Of a stretch of DNA of 64,000 nucleotides, positions 10,052-18,720 are shown piece by piece (position 1 is the stretch's first letter; each line of letters begins with the position of its first letter). The notes beneath the pieces were generated by a model. That model made no database searches. It worked only from the letters and a program-made list of their open reading frames with translations, and was not told the origin of the DNA. The position numbers and the translations under genes are program-made. Source of the stretch: Eubacteriales bacterium (GTDB lineage Bacteria > Bacillota > Clostridia > Oscillospirales > UBA644); contig JAZQKK010000011.1 of assembly GCA_045542115.1 (NCBI GenBank), positions 15,190-79,189 of the forward strand. The letters run 5' to 3'.

Positions 10052-11605
10052 ATGAAACTGTTATCTGCCGTTCTTCCCGTGGTTCCCGGCGACCCGGAAC
10101 AAAACGTAACTTCGATGATTTCCTTTATCGAAGACCATCCCGCCGACGTTTACCTCTTCCCGGCCCTGGCCGTTACGGGGGTGACCTGCGGAATGAAATT
10201 TGCCTACAAATCCTTCATCGACGCCACTGACCGGGCCCTGGACCGCCTCTGCGATTACACCGCCGAGCATCCCGTGGTCATCGTCACGTCGGGGGACCAG
10301 ATTGGGAATTTTTATCTGAAAGACGGAGAATTGGGGAAAAAACCGGAATTTGAAGCCTTCGGCAAGCGGTTTGTCATCACCGCCAACGGCGACGGCGAGG
10401 GGGACGTTTTGTTGCTTCCCACCGCAATGGCCGGATATCCCTGCCTTTCCGCCGACGTGACCGACCTGTGCCAAAAAATCTCCGCCGCAAAACAGTGCCT
10501 TGTGGCCGTGGCCAACCCCGGCTTCGGCGAAGCAGTCTCCGACGGGGTCTACCAAGGATTCTGCGGCATCTACCAAGGGGGAAAGACCCTGGATTTTGCC
10601 CTGCAAAACAAACCGTCTCCCATTTCTGCTTTCTATGACGATGAATCCGGCAACGAAGGATGGGAATCCACCCGCCGTCCCCACGCCGACCTCCGCATCC
10701 CCTATTACGGCAAAAACGACCCCACCAAATACCTGGGGGAATTGTTCCAGTTGCAGATTCAGGCCCTGTACACCCGGATTCAATCTTCGGGAATGAAGCA
10801 TCTTGCCATCAACGTGTCCGGGGGATTGGATTCCACGCTGGCCCTGATGGTGGCTTCTGAGGCGATGAAATTGGCGGGGCTTCCCTCGGAAAATATCATC
10901 GCAATGACCCTGCCTTGCTTCGGTACCGGGGAGCGCACCCGCACCAACGCCCACGTTTTGATGGAAGAATTAGGGGTCACCACCTTCGAAATGGACATCA
11001 AAGAAGCGGTCACGTCCCACTTGAAACTGATTGGCCACGACGGCGTCACCCCCGACGTCACCTACGAAAACGCCCAGGCCCGGGAACGGACCCAGATTCT
11101 TTTCGATATGGCAAACCGGTACAACGCGCTGGCGGTGGGCACCGGGGATTTGTCGGAAATCGCTCTGGGATTCTGCACCTTTGCCGGGGATACTCTGTCC
11201 CACTACAACGTGAACGCATCCATTCCCAAAACCTTGATTAAAGCCTTGGTCCGCCTTCTTGCCAAACGGTACGGCGGTCGCCTGGGCGAGGCTTTGGCCG
11301 ACGTGGAAGCCACGGAAATTTCCCCCGAATTGAAAGCCGGACAGAAGACCGAAGACATTTTGGGGCCCTACCTGCTCCACGATTTTATCATCTATTATTA
11401 CTCCAAACACCGTTTGGAACGGCAGGACTTGTACCAGTATCTGATGGCCACCTTCGACGAATACGACGAAGACGAAATCGTCAAGACCCTGGATACCTTC
11501 TTCCGCCGATTCCCCATCGCCCGCTTCAAACGGGCCTCCCTGGGGGAAGGCGCCAACATCATCGGTTTCTCCCTGCCGTATATTCCCACGGACAGCAAAT
11601 ATTGA
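10052..11605 (+). CDS. nadE: NAD+ synthetase with a degenerate N-terminal CN-hydrolase-like domain
   Basis: Start MKLLSAV after AAAGGAG. The ATP-PPase motif is NVSGGLDSTLALMVA. The N-terminal ~250 aa has FPAL instead of FPEL and no CEDxW. Confidence 0.8.
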   Translation: MKLLSAVLPVVPGDPEQNVTSMISFIEDHPADVYLFPALAVTGVTCGMKFAYKSFIDATDRALDRLCDYTAEHPVVIVTSGDQIGNFYLKDGELGKKPEFEAFGKRFVITANGDGEGDVLLLPTAMAGYPCLSADVTDLCQKISAAKQCLVAVANPGFGEAVSDGVYQGFCGIYQGGKTLDFALQNKPSPISAFYDDESGNEGWESTRRPHADLRIPYYGKNDPTKYLGELFQLQIQALYTRIQSSGMKHLAINVSGGLDSTLALMVASEAMKLAGLPSENIIAMTLPCFGTGERTRTNAHVLMEELGVTTFEMDIKEAVTSHLKLIGHDGVTPDVTYENAQARERTQILFDMANRYNALAVGTGDLSEIALGFCTFAGDTLSHYNVNASIPKTLIKALVRLLAKRYGGRLGEALADVEATEISPELKAGQKTEDILGPYLLHDFIIYYYSKHRLERQDLYQYLMATFDEYDEDEIVKTLDTFFRRFPIARFKRASLGEGANIIGFSLPYIPTDSKY

Positions 11606-11613
11606 TAAAAAGA

Positions 11614-11644
11614 ACCGGCGTGTTTCACACGCCGGTGTTTTTTG
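11614..11644 (+). terminator. Rho-independent terminator after nadE
   Basis: ACCGGCGTG-TTTC-ACACGCCGGT hairpin followed by a T-run. Confidence 0.7.
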
Positions 11645-11669
11645 TTATACCACATTTTTTGTCTTTGTA

Positions 11670-11706
11670 AACCCCCTCTTTCTTTTTTGCAAAAAGAAAG
11701 AGGGGT
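11670..11706. repeat. Palindromic intergenic element, variant copy E
   Basis: AACCCCCTCTTTCTTTTTTGCAAAAAGAAAGAGGGGTT is a perfect hairpin with the CTTTCTTTT/AAAAGAAAG core. Confidence 0.5.
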
Positions 11707-11770
11707 TTTTCTCATATTTCTCTTTTTTCGGCGCAAAATAGAAGAATCAAACGAGAAAGAAGCGATAAAA

Positions 11771-12730
11771 ATGATGGGATTTGTTGTTGGAATCGGCCTT
11801 GCGGCGGGGTCTGCGGTGTTGGGCTGGGCGTATTTGGGGGCGTCCCGGCTGATGATGAAAATCGTATTGGGGCGGGAGAAACCCAAATATATGGAACAGG
11901 GGGCGCGGCTTTTTTCCGGGTCGAATCTCCTTTCCGAGCACGCGGAAGAGATTTCGGTGACTTCCCGGGCCTTGGAAGACACCCCCGGCTTTGAGCAGGT
12001 GACGCTCATCGCCCGGGACGGCGTGCGGCTGATGGGGCATTGGCGCCCCCACCCAAACCCCAAGCGGATAATTTTGGCGATGCACGGCTGGCGGTCGTCC
12101 TGGTCCCGGGATTTCGGGTTTATTGCGGATTTTTGGTACGGCCGGGGGTGTAGCGTGTTGTTTGCCGAACAACGGGGACAAAACAACAGCGAAGGGGAAT
12201 ATATGGGCTTTGGGATGCTGGAACGGTACGACTGTGTGGATTGGGCCCGGTGGCTCAATGGGAAGACCGGGGGAAATCTTCCGGTGTATTTATGGGGAAT
12301 TTCAATGGGGGCGGCCACGGTATTGATGGCGTCGGGGTTGCGGCTGCCCCAAAGCGTCCGGGGAATTATTGCCGATTGCGGTTTTACGTCCCCCCACGCC
12401 ATTTGGAAGCACGTTACTGAAAAAAATCTCCATCTCCCCTATTTATTACAGGGGGTTTTGGCCGACCGGTGGTGCCGCCGAAACATTCATACGGGGGCAA
12501 AAGATTGCTCCACCCTTCGGGCGTTACAGAAAAACGCCACGCCGGTACTGTTTATTCACGGGACCGAGGATAAATTCGTTCCCGTCACGATGACTTACGA
12601 AAATTATCAGGCCTGCGCCGCACCCAAACGCTTATTCATCGTCCCCGGAGCGGAGCACGGAATGTGCTACCACGTGGACCGCCCCGGCTACCAAAAGGCC
12701 GTCACTGACTTTTGGAACGAGTTTCGTTGA
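11771..12730 (+). CDS. Membrane-anchored alpha/beta hydrolase
   Basis: Start MMGFVVGIGLAAGSAVLGWAYLG (TM segment). The nucleophile elbow is GISMGAAT, and the C-terminal part contains HGTEDKFVP...GAEHG. Confidence 0.75.
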   Translation: MMGFVVGIGLAAGSAVLGWAYLGASRLMMKIVLGREKPKYMEQGARLFSGSNLLSEHAEEISVTSRALEDTPGFEQVTLIARDGVRLMGHWRPHPNPKRIILAMHGWRSSWSRDFGFIADFWYGRGCSVLFAEQRGQNNSEGEYMGFGMLERYDCVDWARWLNGKTGGNLPVYLWGISMGAATVLMASGLRLPQSVRGIIADCGFTSPHAIWKHVTEKNLHLPYLLQGVLADRWCRRNIHTGAKDCSTLRALQKNATPVLFIHGTEDKFVPVTMTYENYQACAAPKRLFIVPGAEHGMCYHVDRPGYQKAVTDFWNEFR

Positions 12731-12830
12731 CGGGGGCGTTCTTCTTTCTTTTCCCGGGAAAAGAAAGAAGAACCAAGATAGAAAAGCGAAAGCCGGCGGA
12801 GATTCTCCGCCGGGGAAGGTATTTTTTTCA
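12731..12830 (+). repeat. Palindromic intergenic element, copy C (two-hairpin, ~95 bp)
   Basis: GGGGGCGTTCTTCTTTCTTTTCCCGGGAAAAGAAAGAAGAACCAAGATAGAAAAGCGAAAGCCGGCGGAGATTCTCCGCCGGGG. It is near-identical in layout to copy D at 56451. Confidence 0.75.
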
Positions 12831-12943
12831 GTTCTCTGACGGATGCTCTCCGCCGGGGAAGGTATTTTTTTCAGTTCTCTGACGGATGCTCTCCGCCGGG
12901 GAAGGTATTTTTTTCAGTTCTCTGACGGATGCTCTCCGCCGGG
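12807..12943 (+). repeat. 43-bp tandem repeat, 3 full copies plus a partial one
   Basis: The unit CCGCCGGGGAAGGTATTTTTTTCAGTTCTCTGACGGATGCTCT starts at 12807, 12850 and 12893. A partial copy starts at 12936. Confidence 0.9.
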
Positions 12944-13004
12944 AAAACATATTCTGGTTTTCCTTGGGTATACTAACGGCAACAAATTGTAACGGAGGCA
13001 GAAA

Positions 13005-14087
13005 ATGAAACGGAAAATCGTAGTATTCTTTTTGTGTTTTGGATTGTTTTGCGGCCTTTTGACCGGGTGTGCCGGGCGGAAGACCGCCGCGGACGTACAC
13101 GTTTTTTATTACACGTACAGTGACACCTATATTTCCACCGTCCGGGCGGCGCTGGACAAAGGGTTTCAAGAGGCGGGCATCTCTTATCAGGATTACGATT
13201 CCAACAACAGTCAGACCACCCAGACCGAGCAGGTGCAGACAGCGGTGACGAAGGGGGCGAAACTGTTGCTGGTCAACGTGGTCACCACCGGGTCGGACGA
13301 CGCGGCCAACGGCATTGTTTCTCTGGCAAAATCCGCCGGGATTCCCGTGGTCTTCTTCAACCGTGAGGTGTCGGACGCCGTGGTGAACAGTTACGACAAG
13401 TGCATTTACGTGGGGACCAACGCCACCGAGGCCGGGAAATTGCAGGGGGATATGATTGGCGACTTTTTGACCAAGAATTACAACGCCACGGACCTGAACA
13501 AAGACGGAAAAATTTCTTACGTGATGTTTATGGGGGAAAAGGGGAACCGGGAAGCCGTTTACCGCACCCAATATTCCGTGGAAAACGCCAATGCAAAACT
13601 GACGGCGGCGGGGTTGTCCGAATTGGTCTTTTACGATAGTGCCAACAAAGACAAATACCTTCTGGACAAAGATGGAAAATGGTCTGCTCAGGCGGCCAAC
13701 GAATATATGACCACCGCGCTGACCACCTACAACGCCGCCAATAAAAATATGATAGAATTGGTCATCTGCAACAACGACAATATGGCGGAAGGCGCCATCA
13801 CCGCCCTGCAATCCGCCGGGTTTAATACGGGGGCGGAAGGGGCTGTGACCATTCCTGTGTTCGGGGTGGACGCCATTGACGCGGCCAAGTCCTTGATTCG
13901 GGCGGGAAAAATGACCGGCACGGTCACCCAAGACGGTGCGATGATGGCAAAATGCCTGCAAACGGCGACGCAAAACGCCCTGGAAGGGAAATCCCTGTTG
14001 GAAAATATGGGGGATTACGCCGTAGACGAAACGGTGGCAAAGGTGCGGATTCCCTACGGGGTCTATACGGGAGCAGACAATGGCTGA
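13005..14087 (+). CDS. mglB: Sugar (galactose/glucose-type, CUT2) ABC transporter substrate-binding lipoprotein
   Basis: Lipobox LLTGCAG. It is a periplasmic-binding-protein type I sequence, first gene of a B-A-C operon. Confidence 0.7.
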   Translation: MKRKIVVFFLCFGLFCGLLTGCAGRKTAADVHVFYYTYSDTYISTVRAALDKGFQEAGISYQDYDSNNSQTTQTEQVQTAVTKGAKLLLVNVVTTGSDDAANGIVSLAKSAGIPVVFFNREVSDAVVNSYDKCIYVGTNATEAGKLQGDMIGDFLTKNYNATDLNKDGKISYVMFMGEKGNREAVYRTQYSVENANAKLTAAGLSELVFYDSANKDKYLLDKDGKWSAQAANEYMTTALTTYNAANKNMIELVICNNDNMAEGAITALQSAGFNTGAEGAVTIPVFGVDAIDAAKSLIRAGKMTGTVTQDGAMMAKCLQTATQNALEGKSLLENMGDYAVDETVAKVRIPYGVYTGADNG

Positions 14088-15570
14088 GCCGTTGCTGTCG
14101 ATGACCGACATCTGCAAGACCTTTCCGGGGGTCAAAGCCCTGGACCGGGCCCATCTGACGGTGGAAGCCGGGTCGGTTCACGCCCTGATGGGGGAAAACG
14201 GCGCCGGGAAATCCACGCTGATGAAATGTCTGTTCGGCATCTACGCCAAAGATTCCGGGGAGATTCGACTCAACGGCCGCCGGGTGGAATTTAAAAATTC
14301 CAAGGACGCCCTGGAACAAGGGGTGGCGATGGTCCATCAGGAATTGAATCAGGCGATGAAGCGCACCGTGGCGGACAATCTGTGGCTGGGGCGGTATCCC
14401 GGGAAATTCGGCATCGTTCACCGGGGGAAAATGATTCGGGATACCAAAGAATTATTCCACAGACTGCATCTGGATTTGGACCCGGATGCGGTGATGGAAG
14501 ACCTGTCGGTCTCCCGGCGGCAGATGGTGGAGATTGCCAAAGCCGTCAGTTACGGGGCGAAGGTCATCGTTTTTGACGAGCCTACCTCGTCTTTGACCGA
14601 GACCGAAGCGGAGCAACTGTTCTCCATCATCGAATCTCTGAAACAACAGGGGTGCGGAATTATTTATATTTCCCATAAAATGGAAGAAATTCTTCGCATC
14701 AGCGACCGGGTGACGATTATGCGGGACGGAAAAACCGTGGCAAGCCACCCGGCCAAGGAACTGACGATGGATAAAATCATCCGATTGATGGTGGGGCGGG
14801 AACTGACCCGCCGCTTCCCGGAAAAAACCAACCGACCGGGGGACGTCATTTTGGAAGTCAAGGGGCTGACGGGGGAATATTCCCGCCTTCGGGACGTGTC
14901 GTTCTCCTTGAAATCCGGGGAAATTTTGGGAATTGCCGGATTGGACGGCTCGGGGCGGACGGAAGTGTTGGAAGCCCTGTTTGGGCTTTCGGCCCGGCGG
15001 TCGGGAGAATTTCTTCTCAAAGGAAGACCCATCGAAAACAAGACCCCCCGGCAGGCCATCTCCAACGGTTTTGTGTTGCTGACCGAAGAACGGCGGGCCA
15101 CGGGAATTTTCGCCATTCGGGATATTTTGGAAAACACCGTTATTTCCAATCTTCCTTCTTATCGGCGGTTCGGGGTTCTGAATCAACGGAAAATGCAGGG
15201 GGATACCGACAAAATGATAAAGACCCTGCGGGTCAAGACCCCGTCCCGCTCCACCGCCATCCGCACCCTGTCCGGGGGAAATCAGCAAAAGGTCATCTTC
15301 GGACGGTGGCTTCTCACCGAGCCGGAAATTCTGATGCTGGACGAACCCACCCGGGGCATTGACGTGGGGGCGAAATTCGAAATTTATCAACTCATCGTGG
15401 ACCTGGCCGCCAAAGGCCGGTCGGTTCTGGTTGTGTCCGGGGAAATGCCGGAACTGTTGGGCATCTGCGACCGGATTTTGGTGATGTCCGGGGGCCGGGT
15501 GGCCGGCGAAGTAGACGGCAAAACCGCCACCCAAGAAGAAATTATGACCTTAGCGGCCAAGTACGTGTGA
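14080..15570 (+). CDS. mglA: Sugar ABC transporter ATP-binding protein (duplicated ABC domains)
   Basis: 496 aa. Walker A is GENGAGKST, and the signatures are LSVSRRQMVEIA and LSGGNQQKV. It overlaps the mglB stop. Confidence 0.85.
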   Translation: MAEPLLSMTDICKTFPGVKALDRAHLTVEAGSVHALMGENGAGKSTLMKCLFGIYAKDSGEIRLNGRRVEFKNSKDALEQGVAMVHQELNQAMKRTVADNLWLGRYPGKFGIVHRGKMIRDTKELFHRLHLDLDPDAVMEDLSVSRRQMVEIAKAVSYGAKVIVFDEPTSSLTETEAEQLFSIIESLKQQGCGIIYISHKMEEILRISDRVTIMRDGKTVASHPAKELTMDKIIRLMVGRELTRRFPEKTNRPGDVILEVKGLTGEYSRLRDVSFSLKSGEILGIAGLDGSGRTEVLEALFGLSARRSGEFLLKGRPIENKTPRQAISNGFVLLTEERRATGIFAIRDILENTVISNLPSYRRFGVLNQRKMQGDTDKMIKTLRVKTPSRSTAIRTLSGGNQQKVIFGRWLLTEPEILMLDEPTRGIDVGAKFEIYQLIVDLAAKGRSVLVVSGEMPELLGICDRILVMSGGRVAGEVDGKTATQEEIMTLAAKYV

Positions 15571-15636
15571 CAAATCCGGCGATTGCCGATATCATCCCGT
15601 CTCCCATTCCATCAATCTTATGAAACAGGTGAAAAT

Positions 15637-16698
15637 ATGAAACGTATCAAGCAATCCCTGGGAAATTGGCAGGGGCTTTCCAAGGAAGACCGGCGGCAGA
15701 GGGGAAAAGAACTTCTGATAGACAATTCCCTGTATCTGTTTTTAATCGGGGCGGTCATCGCCATCGTCATTTACGACCCCCGGTTTTTGTCCGTGCCGTC
15801 TTTGGTCAATATTTTATCCCTTTCCGCGGCAAATCTTCCCATTGCATTGGGGATTGCCGGGTGCATTATTCTCACGGGCACCGACCTGTCCGCCGGCCGG
15901 GTGGTGGGCCTTGTGGCCTGTGTTTCCGCGTCCCTTTTGCAGATGACGGGATATCCAAACAAGATGTTCCCCGGCCTTCCCACCCTGCCTCTGTGGGTAG
16001 TTTTGGCCATCGTGCTGGCCCTGGGGGGCATCGTGGGACTTATCAACGGGTTTTGTGTGGCGAAGTTTAAATTGCACCCCTTCATCGTCACCCTCGCCAC
16101 CCAACTGATTCTGTTCGGTACCCTTCTGATGTATCTGATGATTGGCAACAACAACGGCCAATCCCTCTCCGGTCTGGCCAACGAATACACGGAGTTTATC
16201 ACCGGAAGTTTCTTAAATATCGGGCAGACCGCCATTCCCAATTACGTCTTCTATTCCCTCGCCATCACCTTGATAATGTGGTTCGTGTGGAATAAGACCA
16301 CCTTTGGGAAAAATATGTTCGCCGTTGGCTCAAACCAAGAAGCCGCAAGGGTTTCCGGGGTCAACGTCACCGCCACGATTATCGGCGTGTTCGCCCTGGC
16401 GGGGGTCTTGTACGGCGTTACCGGCTTTATCGAGGCCGCCCGCATCGGGTCAAACAGTGCCGCCACCGGGCTGAATTACGAGTTGGACGCCATCGCCGCC
16501 TGCGTCATCGGGGGCGTTTCCTTCGTGGGGGGCATCGGCAAGATTCGGGGCGTGATTTTAGGGGTGGTGCTGCTGCGCATCATCTTCGTGGGCTTGACCT
16601 TTCTGAGCATCGACGCCAACCTGCAATACGTTATCAAAGGCCTCATCATCCTCATCGCCTGCGCCTTGGATATGCGCAAATATTTAGTCCGGCGATAA
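15637..16698 (+). CDS. mglC: Sugar ABC transporter permease
   Basis: Start MKRIKQSLGN. A multi-TM protein with LTGTDLSAGRVVGL and ELDAIAACVIGGVSFVGGIGKIRG motifs typical of CUT2 permeases. Confidence 0.8.
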   Translation: MKRIKQSLGNWQGLSKEDRRQRGKELLIDNSLYLFLIGAVIAIVIYDPRFLSVPSLVNILSLSAANLPIALGIAGCIILTGTDLSAGRVVGLVACVSASLLQMTGYPNKMFPGLPTLPLWVVLAIVLALGGIVGLINGFCVAKFKLHPFIVTLATQLILFGTLLMYLMIGNNNGQSLSGLANEYTEFITGSFLNIGQTAIPNYVFYSLAITLIMWFVWNKTTFGKNMFAVGSNQEAARVSGVNVTATIIGVFALAGVLYGVTGFIEAARIGSNSAATGLNYELDAIAACVIGGVSFVGGIGKIRGVILGVVLLRIIFVGLTFLSIDANLQYVIKGLIILIACALDMRKYLVRR

Positions 16699-16705
16699 AA
16701 ACCAA

Positions 16706-16740
16706 CCCCGGCGGAAAACCTTCCGCCGGGGATTAATTTT
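16706..16740. terminator. Bidirectional terminator hairpin
   Basis: CCCCGGCGGAAAACCTTCCGCCGGGG followed by an A/T-rich run, between convergent mglC and the surface-protein gene. Confidence 0.65.
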
Positions 16741-16746
16741 ATGGGA

Positions 16747-18183
16747 TTATTTTTTAAACAACATCAATAATTTTTTTAGTAAAGAGAGAAGTTGCTGACG
16801 GAACACAAAGATGGCCGCGGCACCGCCCCCCACTCCCACGGTAGAGCCGGTGGCAATGGCTACCACAGCCCCGGTGGAGAGTTTTTCTTTCGGTTCGGCA
16901 GGCGTTTGAGTAGATGCGCTTGCCTTGTTTGAATCTACCGAAGTCATTCCGGTAGAAATCTCGTCCGAATCGGGTTGCGAGGAAACGTCGCTGCCCACGT
17001 CGGAAACTTCTTCCGTCACAGCGTCGGTGGAAACGTCGGTCACGTCCGAAATCGAATCGGTGAAGATATCCGAGGTCGTATCCGGCGTTTTTGTGGAAGT
17101 AGAACTTCCGGTATTACTGATTTTATCCGAGGTCGTGTTGGTGGAAGGCTTTGCGGAAGACGTCCCCGTGGGCTTCGCCGAAGTGGTTCCATTATTGAAA
17201 GACGGCTTATCGGTAGTGGTGTTCGTATTAGTGGTTGCGGACGAGCCTTGATTGGAAGAAGAACTGACCGGATTATTCTTGTAGGTTGCTTCTACCGTCA
17301 CGTTGGATGCGGGCATCGTAAAGGTGGTGGATTCCGCATTTTTGTTGGCCACCGACAGGGTCGTAGACCAGCCGTTGAAGGTTTTTCCGCTCACCGCATT
17401 TGCTTTAATGGTCACCACATCTCCGGCTTTTGCCGTAGTCGCCGCCTTGCCGTTCACCGTGGCAGTACCGTTTTTAACGGTGATGTTGTAACTTTTTGCG
17501 ACAAGGGGGCCGTAGGTTTTTTCATTGGAACAAATCTCGTCCACCATATTACGATATTCATCTTCCGTGCAGACTACACCGTTTAATTTAAAAACTATAT
17601 TATCAGCCAATTGGAACGGCGACGCGTCTGAAAGACCAAAAACTTCAATTTTATAATACTTCCCCACTTCAAATGTTTCACTTGTAATTTCACCAAACTC
17701 CACGCCGTCCGTAGATTCATACCAACAAAAGTGTGCTTCCGGCCAATAACTACCGGTTTCAACCAGACTGTCACCTCGTTCAATTTTTGCCCCGACTTCA
17801 GGAATATAGACAAAATTCAACTCACTGACATACATCCCTAGGTACAATTCTCCCCGAATTTCTGCTGCCGGCATAACAAAAGTTACGCCGTCTTCCATAT
17901 AGGTTATGTCAATGTCTGAAAGATATTGTCCATCCCATTGCATTATATTCCACCAACCGTTTATATAATACCCCTCTGGTGGTGCTCCGGTAAGAATTAC
18001 CGTCTCCCCGGGAGTCGCCTCGGTGACGGGTTGCCCGTTTACCGTCGCAACGGCATACTTAACGTCAATTTTGTATTTCGTCGCGGCCTTGCTGGGGAGA
18101 TTTCCCATCACAAACAGAGACACCGCGAAGCAAACCGCCAGAAGGGCGGGAAGGATGCGTTGTAACAAAGCTTTTCCACTCAT
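16747..18183 (-). CDS. Cell-surface protein with repeated beta-rich domains, a Ser/Thr-rich linker and a C-terminal TM anchor
   Basis: Signal peptide MSGKALLQRILPALLAVCFAVSLFV. Repeats have the form Y(K/N)I(D/T)VK...ATVNG...G(D/E)(T/V)V. A long S/T/D-rich region follows, then the hydrophobic tail GAVVAIATGSTVGVGGGAAAIFVF. No LPXTG motif is present. Confidence 0.65.
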   Translation of the reverse strand: MSGKALLQRILPALLAVCFAVSLFVMGNLPSKAATKYKIDVKYAVATVNGQPVTEATPGETVILTGAPPEGYYINGWWNIMQWDGQYLSDIDITYMEDGVTFVMPAAEIRGELYLGMYVSELNFVYIPEVGAKIERGDSLVETGSYWPEAHFCWYESTDGVEFGEITSETFEVGKYYKIEVFGLSDASPFQLADNIVFKLNGVVCTEDEYRNMVDEICSNEKTYGPLVAKSYNITVKNGTATVNGKAATTAKAGDVVTIKANAVSGKTFNGWSTTLSVANKNAESTTFTMPASNVTVEATYKNNPVSSSSNQGSSATTNTNTTTDKPSFNNGTTSAKPTGTSSAKPSTNTTSDKISNTGSSTSTKTPDTTSDIFTDSISDVTDVSTDAVTEEVSDVGSDVSSQPDSDEISTGMTSVDSNKASASTQTPAEPKEKLSTGAVVAIATGSTVGVGGGAAAIFVFRQQLLSLLKKLLMLFKK

Positions 18184-18342
18184 TTTTCATTTCCTCCAAA
18201 TCAGTTTTCACAAAAATTGTGGTTTTCTTTTACATTATAACATCATAGTTTTAATTTGTCAAGTATTTAATACTATGATGGGTTATAATTTTTTTATTTT
18301 TTGTTATAATGGTATCAATGAAAGAAATTGCGGGGTGTCATT

Positions 18343-18660
18343 ATGGAAAATAAAGAGTTCTTAATTGCTATGGGAACAAGAATCTCCGAACGGAGAAGGG
18401 CTCTTCATCTGACCCAAGAGCAACTTGCGGAACGAATGGACGTGACGTTACAAACCGTTTCCTGCATTGAATTGGGGAAGAAGGCAATCCGCCCCCAAAA
18501 TCTCGCGAATCTTTGTCTTGCCTTGGATACCTCTGCCGATTATTTCCTGTTGGGGAAACGGTCGGAGCAAGACCTTTCCGAGTTGTTGAAAAAGTTGACG
18601 GCGTTGTCGGAGCGGGATTTTAAGACGGTGGAACACCTCATCAATTATCTGAATCAATAA
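18343..18660 (+). CDS. XRE-family helix-turn-helix transcriptional regulator
   Basis: RRRALHLTQEQLAERMDVTLQTVSCIELGKKAIRPQNL is a canonical HTH_3 motif. Confidence 0.85.
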   Translation: MENKEFLIAMGTRISERRRALHLTQEQLAERMDVTLQTVSCIELGKKAIRPQNLANLCLALDTSADYFLLGKRSEQDLSELLKKLTALSERDFKTVEHLINYLNQ

Positions 18661-18664
18661 AAGA

Positions 18665-18692
18665 ACGGTGCCTGTTTTGTGGACAGGCACCG
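18665..18692. terminator. Bidirectional terminator hairpin
   Basis: ACGGTGCCTGT-TTTGTGG-ACAGGCACCGT between convergent genes. Confidence 0.65.
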
Positions 18693-18720
18693 TATGTTAT
18701 TGTTGGATATCAGTTTCGTG

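Noticed and set aside
12807-12943. Possible CRISPR array (regularly spaced repeats).
   Set aside because: The 43-bp units abut directly with no unique spacers. There are only 3.2 copies, they derive from a terminator hairpin, and no cas genes are in the window. This is a tandem duplication, not CRISPR.
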